A DNA stretch of 64,000 bases, taken from positions 1,774 to 65,773 of the forward strand of contig JBDGVT010000038.1 in assembly GCA_039585495.1 (NCBI GenBank), in the 5' to 3' direction. A program made the translations under genes and the position numbers. Positions within the stretch are counted from its first letter, which is position 1; each line of letters opens with the position of its first letter. This document shows positions 48,196 through 56,328 of this stretch, in pieces. The notes under the pieces are model-generated. The model ran no database searches and was not told the DNA's origin. It worked only from the letters and a program-made list of their open reading frames with translations. Origin of the DNA: Gemmatimonadota bacterium (GTDB taxonomy: Bacteria > Gemmatimonadota > Gemmatimonadetes > Longimicrobiales > Gaopeijiaceae).

Positions 48196-48876
48196 ATGCC
48201 CTGGGGTGATGTGGGCCAGGTGCTCAAGGAGGATCCACGCCTGATCCTCCCGGTGGGCGCCCTCGAGCAGCACGGTCCACACCTTCCGCTCGGGACGAAC
48301 ATCGTGATCGCGCAGCGTGTGGCCCGAGAAGTCTCCCAGAAGCTCGGGGTACTTCGCGCACCTGCGTTTTCTTACGGAGTCACGATGGGAGGAGGTCCAT
48401 ACCCCGGCAGAGCCGGCCTCCGAAGAAGGACGCTCCATCGAGCCGTAAACGAGCTGGTCGGACAATGGGAGGATCACGGGGTTGCACACTTCGTGATCAT
48501 CACAGCGCATCGATTCGAGCCCCATCTGGAAGCATTGCTCATGACCCCATCCGGGCCGGCGACGAAGTCCGTCTACGATCTGTACCAGATCGATGTATCC
48601 GACGTGATCGACACCGATCCTGAGGTCGAACACGCGGGCGAACTGGAAACCTCTCTCATGCTTCACCTCGCTCCGGACCTCGTTCACCTCGATCGTGCGG
48701 TGGACTTCCTTCCCGAGGGCGGCGCGCTCCGAAAGTACACTCGCCGGAGGGTCCCGACAGCCCCGGCGGCCTCGTCTGGGATCGTTGGCGCGCCCTCCTT
48801 GTCGACCGCAGAGAAGGGAGCAAAGGTGTTCGATCGATACGTGGGAATGCTCTGCGACGCCATCGACACCCCCTGA
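48196..48876 (+). CDS. creatininase-family amidohydrolase
   Basis: ILPVGALEQHGPHLPLGTN and HAGELETS motifs. ATG 48196 gives a canonical N-terminus (the ORF nominally starts at 48112). Confidence 0.85.
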   Translation: MPWGDVGQVLKEDPRLILPVGALEQHGPHLPLGTNIVIAQRVAREVSQKLGVLRAPAFSYGVTMGGGPYPGRAGLRRRTLHRAVNELVGQWEDHGVAHFVIITAHRFEPHLEALLMTPSGPATKSVYDLYQIDVSDVIDTDPEVEHAGELETSLMLHLAPDLVHLDRAVDFLPEGGALRKYTRRRVPTAPAASSGIVGAPSLSTAEKGAKVFDRYVGMLCDAIDTP

Positions 48877-48926
48877 TTTCGGCTCCAGGTACGAACTCTT
48901 CCTCACCCGTCGGGGTACCGTACCCC

Positions 48927-49646
48927 ATGATCAAACGCCTCACGACGAGAGTTCTCCCCATCGTTGCGATGCTGAGCTGCGTCGCAACTCCTGTCCTTCA
49001 CGCCCAGGGCATCGTGGTGGACGAGGGCCGGTTCACGCTCCGACTCGGAGGGCGTGAGGTCGGTAGCGAGGAGTTCGTGATCCGCAGAGCCGGTCTCGGC
49101 CGAAGCGACGCAGTCTTTGCGAGGGGCACGATCAGGATCTCGGTCGCCGCCGGAGTGCAGGAAGTCAGGCCGTTACTCCAAGCCACCGCCCCCGAGGGCG
49201 CCGCCGCCAGCTACGAAGTGAGCGTGACGGGACCGGACGCCATGGAAGTACGCCTCACCCGGGCGGGGAACCGCTACGTGGCGAACATCCGGTCGGAAAT
49301 CGGTAGTGAGGACCGCGAATTCCAGGCCCGCGCTGATACTCGGCTCGTCGAACTGGGCGTCGCACTGGGCGTCGCCCACCACTACCACTTTCTGGGCGAC
49401 GCTCGTGAGGGGCGTGACACGCACGTGCTCGAACCTCGCAGCCGTCGCCAGGTCACATTGACCGCGGGTCCGAGAATTGACGAAGAGATTCTCCTTGGGC
49501 CTAATCGTGTGCCCGCCAGAAGGGTGGAGTTCACCTCCGACCAGAACGACCATCGAGTCGTCTGGTACGATCGGCAGGGGCGTGTTCTTCGGGTGGAGAT
49601 CCCATCACTTTCCTATGTGGCCGAACGCACCGACCTCGTCGGCTGA
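48927..49646 (+). CDS. secreted protein of unknown function
   Basis: 239-aa ORF with signal peptide MIKRLTTRVLPIVAMLSCVATPVLHAQG. Beta-rich composition and no recognisable motif. Confidence 0.6.
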   Translation: MIKRLTTRVLPIVAMLSCVATPVLHAQGIVVDEGRFTLRLGGREVGSEEFVIRRAGLGRSDAVFARGTIRISVAAGVQEVRPLLQATAPEGAAASYEVSVTGPDAMEVRLTRAGNRYVANIRSEIGSEDREFQARADTRLVELGVALGVAHHYHFLGDAREGRDTHVLEPRSRRQVTLTAGPRIDEEILLGPNRVPARRVEFTSDQNDHRVVWYDRQGRVLRVEIPSLSYVAERTDLVG

Positions 49647-49859
49647 CATGGCTTGGTCACCGATCAGGTGTGGTTACTTCGACCGGACGCCTACCGTGTC
49701 CGGTACGCCGGTGAAGAAGCCCGTCGAGGCACCCGTAGTAATCAGGAAACCCGGGAGAACCCACGTGACGGAACCTGTGGCGAAACCGCCCGCGGCGCAG
49801 GGCGTGCGGGCGGGTGGCGTCGGTCTTTCGATTCACCCAAGTCCAAGAGGCTTGCGAGG

Positions 49860-51353
49860 ATGAGGATCAGCACGTGCGCGATGGTATTCGCGTCCATCTT
49901 GCTAGCGGCGCCTGTTGCCGCTCAGGAGGTGGTGCCCGCGTCGCTCTCCCTCGGAGAGGCGATCGAAATCGCCCGCACCACCAATCCGGGGTTCCTCCAG
50001 ACGAGGAACGACCAGGCATTGGCCGATTGGGACGTCCGGCAGGCATGGGGCGCCTTGATGCCGACCGTCAGCGCCAGTGGGGGCCTGTCCTGGAGGGGAG
50101 CTGGAGAGACCCAGCTGGGCGGGCTTACGCTCGGTGACCTGGGCTTCGGAAACCAGCCCTCTTACTACGGCTCGAGCTACTCGCTCGGAATCGGGTACTC
50201 GCTGAACTGGTCGACGATTCTCGGGCCCCGACAGAGCAAGGCTCAACGCACGGTCACCATGGCGGGCATCAGTGTTGCCGATGCAGTGCTCGTATCCCAG
50301 GTGACGACCGCGTATGTGGAATTGCTCCGTCAGACAGATGCGGTCCGGATCGCGGAGCTCCAGCTCGAAAACAATTCGTTCAACCTGCGCCTCGCGCAGG
50401 GACAGTTGGAGGTCGGTCAGGTCACTCCGATCGACGTCGGGCAAGCCGAGGTTCTGGTCGGCCGGTCCGAAGTCACGGTACTCCAGGCGCGCAATCGACT
50501 GGCGACGTCGAGGATGAGACTGCTCCAGTTACTCGGGCTCCCCGTGGACCAGCCGTTCGAGACGACGACGACGTTCGAACTGACTGAACCGACGTGGGAC
50601 ATCGAGACGTTGACCGCCGTGGCCTTTGGAGGGAACCCCGAACTTCTGCGCCGCAGGAGTTCGACGCAGGTGGCCGACATCGGGATCAGCTCGGCGTGGT
50701 CGTCGTACTTCCCGACGCTGTCGCTCCAGACCGGCTGGGGAGGCTTCACGAGCGAAGCGAGCAGCACGGATCTCCGGATCGGTCAAGCACAGGCCGGCGT
50801 GGCGAACACGATTCGGCAGTGCCATCAGACGAACGACCTGTATTCGCGTTTGGCAGACCCCCTGCCCTCTATCGACTGCGGGCAGTTCGCTTTCACGGAC
50901 GCTCAGCGGGACGCGATCATCTCTCAGAACGATCAGTTTCCGTTCGGGTTCAACAAGGTGGCTCCCTCTGTGAGCCTTCAGCTGAGCGTGCCCATCTTCA
51001 CCGGGCTCAATCGTCAGAGGAATCTCGAGGCTGCCAGGCTCCAGCGTGCCGATCTCCGCCAGCAGGAACGGGAGCAGGAGTTGGCTGTTCAGGCTGACCT
51101 CGCCATCGGCCTGGCGAACGTCCGCACCGCCTATGAGAGTGCGCTCCTGGAAGAACGAAATCGACAGCTCGCGGAACAACAGCTGACGTTGGCCAGAGAA
51201 CGCTACCAACTCGGTGCGATCACGTTCGTGGAGCTGGTCGAGGCTCAAACCCTGTTCGCTCAAGCCGACGCGGACCGAACCATCGCCGTCTTCGCATATC
51301 ACGATTCCGTCACCACCCTCGAGGCGCTGATCGGCGCCTCGCTAAGATTCTAA
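49860..51353 (+). CDS. TolC-family outer-membrane efflux protein
   Basis: Signal peptide MRISTCAMVFASILLAAPVAAQE, then two TolC-type repeat halves (LSLGEAIEIARTTNP...; coiled-coil segments). The ORF nominally starts at 49653. Confidence 0.88.
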   Translation: MRISTCAMVFASILLAAPVAAQEVVPASLSLGEAIEIARTTNPGFLQTRNDQALADWDVRQAWGALMPTVSASGGLSWRGAGETQLGGLTLGDLGFGNQPSYYGSSYSLGIGYSLNWSTILGPRQSKAQRTVTMAGISVADAVLVSQVTTAYVELLRQTDAVRIAELQLENNSFNLRLAQGQLEVGQVTPIDVGQAEVLVGRSEVTVLQARNRLATSRMRLLQLLGLPVDQPFETTTTFELTEPTWDIETLTAVAFGGNPELLRRRSSTQVADIGISSAWSSYFPTLSLQTGWGGFTSEASSTDLRIGQAQAGVANTIRQCHQTNDLYSRLADPLPSIDCGQFAFTDAQRDAIISQNDQFPFGFNKVAPSVSLQLSVPIFTGLNRQRNLEAARLQRADLRQQEREQELAVQADLAIGLANVRTAYESALLEERNRQLAEQQLTLARERYQLGAITFVELVEAQTLFAQADADRTIAVFAYHDSVTTLEALIGASLRF

Positions 51354-51371
51354 GGACTGAACGCCCGACTC

Positions 51372-52604
51372 ATGGAGAATCGAACCAAGGTCTTAGTGGG
51401 GATCGCCGTGGTTGGTGTGCTCGGCTCTGCGGCGGCCCTTTCGACCACGCGCGCCCGGGATCGCGGAGTCGAAGTCCGGACGGAGGCAATCCAGAAACGG
51501 GACCTCGTAGAGACCGTCACCGCGAGTGGGAACATCCGTGCACGTCGCACCGTCGACATCAGTTCGGACGTGTCGGCTCGGGTCTCGCAGCTGCTCGTGC
51601 AGGAAGGTGATGATGTCGTCGCCGGACAGGTCCTACTCCGTCTGGAGCCAGATCAGTACCAGGCGGCCCTCTCTCGGACCGAAGCTCAGCTTGCACAGTC
51701 GAGAGCTCAGCAGTCGCAACAGGAAGCGAACCTGCTCCGATCCGAGCGGGATCGCGACCGACTCCTACAGCTCCGGGCAAGAGACTCGTTGCTGGTGAGC
51801 CGTCAGCAGATGGAAGACGCCGAGACCGACGTGCTGGTGTCACAGGCGATGCTCGAATCGGCGGGTCATGGTGTGTCGCAAGCCCAGGCGGCGGTCGAGG
51901 AAACCGAAGAACAGCTCTCCAAGACCATCTTCATCGCCCCGATGGACGGGAAGGTGACCCGCCTGAATGTCGAAGAGGGCGAAACCGTCATCATCGGGAC
52001 GATGAACAACCCTGGGAGTCTCGTACTCACGATCTCCGACCTGTCGGTGATCGAGGTCGTGGTCCAGGTCGACGAGACCGCCGTATCCGAGGTCTCCCTC
52101 GGAGACAGCGCTTCGATCCGCATCGACGCCTTCCCTGACAAGGAGTTCACTGGCAGGGTCACGGAAATCGGGAATTCAGCGATCACGCCTCCGAGTCAGC
52201 AGGGCGGGAGTCAGCAGGCGGCGATCGACTTCGAGGTCGTACTGACCCTTGATGAGAGTGATGCGCCACTTCGTCCGGACCTCTCGGCCACGGCCGACAT
52301 CGTAGTCGAACGCCGGACACAGGCGCTTGCGGTGCCCATCATCGCGATGACGATCCGTAGTGAGGAAGTCTCGGACGCCGATGGCGGTACACCCAAGGAT
52401 ATCGAGGGCGTTTTCCTGATCGACGACGGCGTGGTTTCGTTCACACCGGTGGTCATCGGGATCGCGGGGATGGAGTACTTCGAGGTGGTCTCTGGATTGA
52501 CCGAGGGCCAGACGGTCGTCGCGGGTCCATACCAACGTGTTCGCCAGCTCAGAAATGGTGACGCTGTCCGGGCGGTGGACGACATCGGGCCGGACGGAGA
52601 GTAG
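51372..52604 (+). CDS. HlyD/MacA-type periplasmic adaptor (membrane fusion protein)
   Basis: N-terminal TM, a lipoyl/barrel-sandwich region (VSARVSQLLVQEGDDVVAGQVLLRLE), a long coiled coil, and the beta-barrel motif IFIAPMDGKVTRLNVEEGE. Confidence 0.9.
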   Translation: MENRTKVLVGIAVVGVLGSAAALSTTRARDRGVEVRTEAIQKRDLVETVTASGNIRARRTVDISSDVSARVSQLLVQEGDDVVAGQVLLRLEPDQYQAALSRTEAQLAQSRAQQSQQEANLLRSERDRDRLLQLRARDSLLVSRQQMEDAETDVLVSQAMLESAGHGVSQAQAAVEETEEQLSKTIFIAPMDGKVTRLNVEEGETVIIGTMNNPGSLVLTISDLSVIEVVVQVDETAVSEVSLGDSASIRIDAFPDKEFTGRVTEIGNSAITPPSQQGGSQQAAIDFEVVLTLDESDAPLRPDLSATADIVVERRTQALAVPIIAMTIRSEEVSDADGGTPKDIEGVFLIDDGVVSFTPVVIGIAGMEYFEVVSGLTEGQTVVAGPYQRVRQLRNGDAVRAVDDIGPDGE

Positions 52605-52616
52605 GCCGGAGCCGAC

Positions 52617-53858
52617 GTGAATACCTGGGAAGGCGTCTCGCTCGCGTTTCAGCAGATCCGCCAGGAGAAGATGAAGTCCTTCTTCAGCCTGCTCGGCATC
52701 ATCCTGGGCGTGATGTTCCTGATCGTGGTCGTGACGGTCGTCGAGGGCCTGGACCAGTACGTCCGAGAGGACCTCACGTCGCAGATTTTCGGGATCAACA
52801 CCGTCACACTCCGCCGGGCCCCCGCCATTTCAGGACGGTTCGATCCTGTGGAGAGACGGGCCAATCAGCGTCGGGAGCCTCTCCGGTTCGCGGACGCCGA
52901 CGCCATCCGTGAGCAGCTATCTGTGCCAGCCCGTATCGCGACGGAGAGTACGTCGGGAGTCACTGCGGTAGGAGACAACGGGAACTCGGCGGGGGGCGTC
53001 ATGCTCACTGCTGCATCTCCCGAGATCTTCCAGATCCGCGACCTCGAGTTCGCGGACGGCCGTGCTTTTACGACGCAGGAGAACGAGGCGGGCGTCCCCG
53101 TAGTCGTGATCGGCTCGGAGACGGCTGAGATCGTATTCGAGGGTCTCGATCCCCTGGGACGGTCTCTTCGGCTGCGCGGACTACCCTATCGGATCATCGG
53201 TGTGCTCGAAGAGCGTGGCTCGATGCTGGGGCGGTCTCAGGACAATCTCGTGATCGCGCCGTCTCGCTCTCCGGTTCGAGCGATTACCGGTCCGGGGGGA
53301 ACCGTCGGGTCGATCGTCATTCAGGCGCTCGACGCGGACCGGCTCTCCGAAGCTCAGCTCGAGGTCGAGGGGATCATGCGTGTGCGAAGGCAGTTGCGCC
53401 CCACGGAAGAACCTGACTTCGCGCTCGAGACCGCCGAGGACGCGATCAGCTTCTGGGATTCGATCTCACGGATGCTCTTTACGGCGCTCCCGATGCTCGT
53501 CTCGATCGCGCTCGTCGTCGGCGGAATCGTGATCATGAACATCATGCTCGTCTCGGTCATGGAGCGTACCCGGGAGATCGGAGTGAGAAAGGCCCTGGGA
53601 GCCCGGCGCAGGGATATCCTGACGCAAGTCCTGATCGAGTCGGCCACACTGTCAACGGTCGGAGCGGCGCTCGGAGTAGCCGTGGGCCTCGCCATCGCAC
53701 AACTCGTCGCCGCGTTTTCGGTCATGCCTGCCGCCGTCGCGCCCCGATGGATCGCGCTCGGCGTCGGCCTCGGGCTCAGCGTCGGGATCATCGCGGGCGT
53801 CTATCCCGCGGCTCGGGCGTCCCGACTCGATCCGGTGGACGCGCTCCGCTATGAGTGA
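52617..53858 (+). CDS. MacB/DevC-type ABC transporter permease (FtsX fold, no ATPase domain)
   Basis: 413-aa ORF with TM1, a large periplasmic domain and three C-terminal TMs carrying MERTREIGVRKALGARRRDI. GTG start. Confidence 0.9.
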   Translation: MNTWEGVSLAFQQIRQEKMKSFFSLLGIILGVMFLIVVVTVVEGLDQYVREDLTSQIFGINTVTLRRAPAISGRFDPVERRANQRREPLRFADADAIREQLSVPARIATESTSGVTAVGDNGNSAGGVMLTAASPEIFQIRDLEFADGRAFTTQENEAGVPVVVIGSETAEIVFEGLDPLGRSLRLRGLPYRIIGVLEERGSMLGRSQDNLVIAPSRSPVRAITGPGGTVGSIVIQALDADRLSEAQLEVEGIMRVRRQLRPTEEPDFALETAEDAISFWDSISRMLFTALPMLVSIALVVGGIVIMNIMLVSVMERTREIGVRKALGARRRDILTQVLIESATLSTVGAALGVAVGLAIAQLVAAFSVMPAAVAPRWIALGVGLGLSVGIIAGVYPAARASRLDPVDALRYE

Positions 53859-55140
53859 GATGAACGACGACCGCGGCTCAGGCCTCACCGCCGTGTCCGA
53901 GGGGCTCGCCATCGCTTTGGATGTGATGGCGGCCAACAAGGTCCGATCTGCGTTGACGATCCTGGGCGTGGCGGTGGGCGTATCCGTGGTGGTTTCCATG
54001 GGTGCGCTCGTGTCTGGGCTTCGCTCCAGCATCCTGGATGCGGTCAACTCGAGCGGGCCGAACAACCTCGTGGTGGTCCGGTTCGATTTCTCTCAGATCC
54101 AGGCCGTGATCAACGGTGACCGGCGCGCCCCATGGCGCGGTCGGCCACAAATCGAGCCGGAGGAAGTACGGCGGATTCGGGCGCTCCCCTCGATCAGGAA
54201 CGCCACGTACGACCTCAATCAGTTCGAGGTCAGTATGGAGGTCGACGGGGTGGAGATGGGAGGGGTCATCGCCAGCGGATTCGAGCCAGGGTGGACCGAC
54301 TCCCAGCCGGGCGACTTCGTTTCGGGAAGAGACTTCAGCGTGGCCGAAATGGCACAGGGTCGCCCCGTCGTGGTGATCACCACAGACCTCGCAACGGAGC
54401 TCTTTGGAGAGCTCGATCCCATGGGCCGCGAGATCAAAGTCGAGAATCAGCGGAGAGCATCTCAGGAGCACTTCACGGTCGTCGGCGTCTTCGAGCCGGT
54501 GGAGAACATCTTCTCAGCGGCCTTCAAGTACTACGCCGTGTTCCCGTGGACGAGCGCGAATCGAAGGCTCGGACGGTATAAGTTCGAGGCGCAGATTCTC
54601 GTCGTGCCCGAGGATTCCGTCTCTGCCCAAAAGGCGGAGGACGACGTGATCATGGCGCTGCGTGGCATGCGAGGCCTTCGACCTCGGGACGAGAACAACT
54701 TCAACGTGATGGCGTCTTCCCAGATGCTCGAGATGTTCGACCAGCTCACCGCGGTCTTCCTGCTGGTCATTCTGCTACTCGCGTCCACCGCCCTGCTCGT
54801 CGGAGGTGTCGGCGTCGTCGGAATCATGCTGATCTCCGTCACGGAGCGCACCCGTGAGATCGGGGTCAGAAAGGCGGTGGGTGCCACCCGGCGAGAGATC
54901 CTTTGGCAATTCCTGGTGGAGGCCTCGCTGTTGACGGCTTGCGGGGCGATGGCCGGACTTCTGATCGGTTGGAGCATGGCCAAGGCGGTCGCGGCATTCA
55001 GTCCCCTCCCCGCAGCGATTCCGCTCTGGGCTGTCGCTGCCGCCTTGGGGATGGCGGTCCTGACAGGTATGCTGTTCGGACTCCTTCCCGCGTACCGAGC
55101 CAGTCGCCTGGAACCGGTCGCTGCACTCCGATTCGAATAA
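53851..55140 (+). CDS. MacB/DevC-type ABC transporter permease, second paralogue
   Basis: 429-aa ORF with the same architecture (TERTREIGVRKAVGATRREI). Overlaps the first permease by 8 nt. Confidence 0.9.
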   Translation: MSEMNDDRGSGLTAVSEGLAIALDVMAANKVRSALTILGVAVGVSVVVSMGALVSGLRSSILDAVNSSGPNNLVVVRFDFSQIQAVINGDRRAPWRGRPQIEPEEVRRIRALPSIRNATYDLNQFEVSMEVDGVEMGGVIASGFEPGWTDSQPGDFVSGRDFSVAEMAQGRPVVVITTDLATELFGELDPMGREIKVENQRRASQEHFTVVGVFEPVENIFSAAFKYYAVFPWTSANRRLGRYKFEAQILVVPEDSVSAQKAEDDVIMALRGMRGLRPRDENNFNVMASSQMLEMFDQLTAVFLLVILLLASTALLVGGVGVVGIMLISVTERTREIGVRKAVGATRREILWQFLVEASLLTACGAMAGLLIGWSMAKAVAAFSPLPAAIPLWAVAAALGMAVLTGMLFGLLPAYRASRLEPVAALRFE

Positions 55141-55141
55141 C

Positions 55142-55876
55142 ATGCTCGACAAAAACGCACCGCTCGACGTCCTCGCGATCATGGCCCACCCCGACGATGC
55201 GGAGCTGCTTTGCGGCGGCACCCTCATCAAGAGCGCGGGCCGTGGCAAGCGGGTTGGAATACTGGACCTGACAGCCGGCGAGATGGGCAGCTCGGGATCG
55301 GTGGAGACGCGCGCGCGCGAAGCCACCGCAGCAGCCGGGCAGATCGGTCTTGCGGTGCGTCGATGTGCAGATCTCCCGGACTCCTCTCTGGAGAACGACC
55401 AGGCATCAAGGCTGTGCGTCGCGGAGCACATTCGGGCGCTCCGGCCTGCTGTCGTGATCACACACTGGAAGGTGGGGCGGCACCGCGACCACCGCGTCGC
55501 TTCTGAACTGGTGCGGGACGCGTGTTTCCTGAGCGCGCTCCGGAAGCTGGAGGTTGAAGGGGAGCCGTTCCGGCCGCGGAAGCTCGTCTACGCTACCGCC
55601 TTCCGTGAGGACGCTGCCCCCCCGGACTTCGTGGTCAACATCACGGACCAGATCGAGCGCAAACTCGACTTGATCGCGCTCTACACGTCACAATTCGACG
55701 GAGCGACCCAGGCCGGCGAGGTGTATCCGGGCGCGGATCGCCCGCTATTGGAGCAGGTGCGAGTCCAGATGGCGCACTACGGATCGTTGATCCGTGCTCG
55801 ATATGGTGAGCCGTACCGTGTGGACGAGGCCTTCGAGGTAGAGGAAATCTCTACACTGGGCGTTTCGACCTTCTAG
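55142..55876 (+). CDS. PIG-L/LmbE-family deacetylase, BshB1-like
   Basis: VLAIMAHPDDAELLCGGT, GILDLTAGEMGS and the HRDH metal motif, closely resembling bacillithiol biosynthesis deacetylase BshB1. The ATG lies 1 nt after the permease stop. Confidence 0.8.
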   Translation: MLDKNAPLDVLAIMAHPDDAELLCGGTLIKSAGRGKRVGILDLTAGEMGSSGSVETRAREATAAAGQIGLAVRRCADLPDSSLENDQASRLCVAEHIRALRPAVVITHWKVGRHRDHRVASELVRDACFLSALRKLEVEGEPFRPRKLVYATAFREDAAPPDFVVNITDQIERKLDLIALYTSQFDGATQAGEVYPGADRPLLEQVRVQMAHYGSLIRARYGEPYRVDEAFEVEEISTLGVSTF

Positions 55877-55883
55877 CCTGAAG

Positions 55884-56231
55884 TCAGGCCGCCGGGGTGG
55901 TGCACGAGACCTCGAGTAACAAACGACGCCACGAAGGCACGTCCGAGCCACGGACACGCAGCAGCCGGGCATGCGCAACGCCCCCTCGGACAAGCCACGG
56001 CCAGAGCCACCGTCCGATGTCCGGCGGGAGGTGCCCGATCGGCTCTCCCGACTTGAGGTGAACCCAGACCTCGGGATCGTCCTGAACTGGCGGATCCGCT
56101 ACGAGACGAAGCTCGTCTCCATCCGTAAGGCTATCCACATACCGGTCACGTCCAGCGAATACGGTGCCGTGTACCGTTGAGCGAAAGAGCGGAGGCTGAC
56201 CCTCTGGAAAGTGCGGAAGCCGGTTCGTCAT
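55884..56231 (-). CDS. stand-alone HIRAN-like domain protein
   Basis: 115-aa ORF. GTVFAGRDRY...GDELRLVADP...DPEVWVHLKSGEPIGHLPPDIGRWLWPWL follows the HIRAN pattern (G-x-R-Y, L-x-R-E/D-P, D-x-x-A-I-x-V, G-H/Y-L). Confidence 0.5.
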   Translation of the reverse strand: MTNRLPHFPEGQPPLFRSTVHGTVFAGRDRYVDSLTDGDELRLVADPPVQDDPEVWVHLKSGEPIGHLPPDIGRWLWPWLVRGGVAHARLLRVRGSDVPSWRRLLLEVSCTTPAA

Positions 56232-56328
56232 TCAGTCTCGATCAGGAGGATCGGTACGGCGCGAGCGGTGCCTCGGTTAACTTACCGGGCCTTGGCACTC
56301 AGGCAACTGACATACGCGACCCTCCGGC

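Noticed and set aside
56293-56307. TGGCAC motif upstream of iscS as a possible sigma-54 promoter, given the EBP in the window.
   Set aside because: The -12 element is absent at the required spacing (TGGCAC-tcagg-CAAC instead of TTGC).
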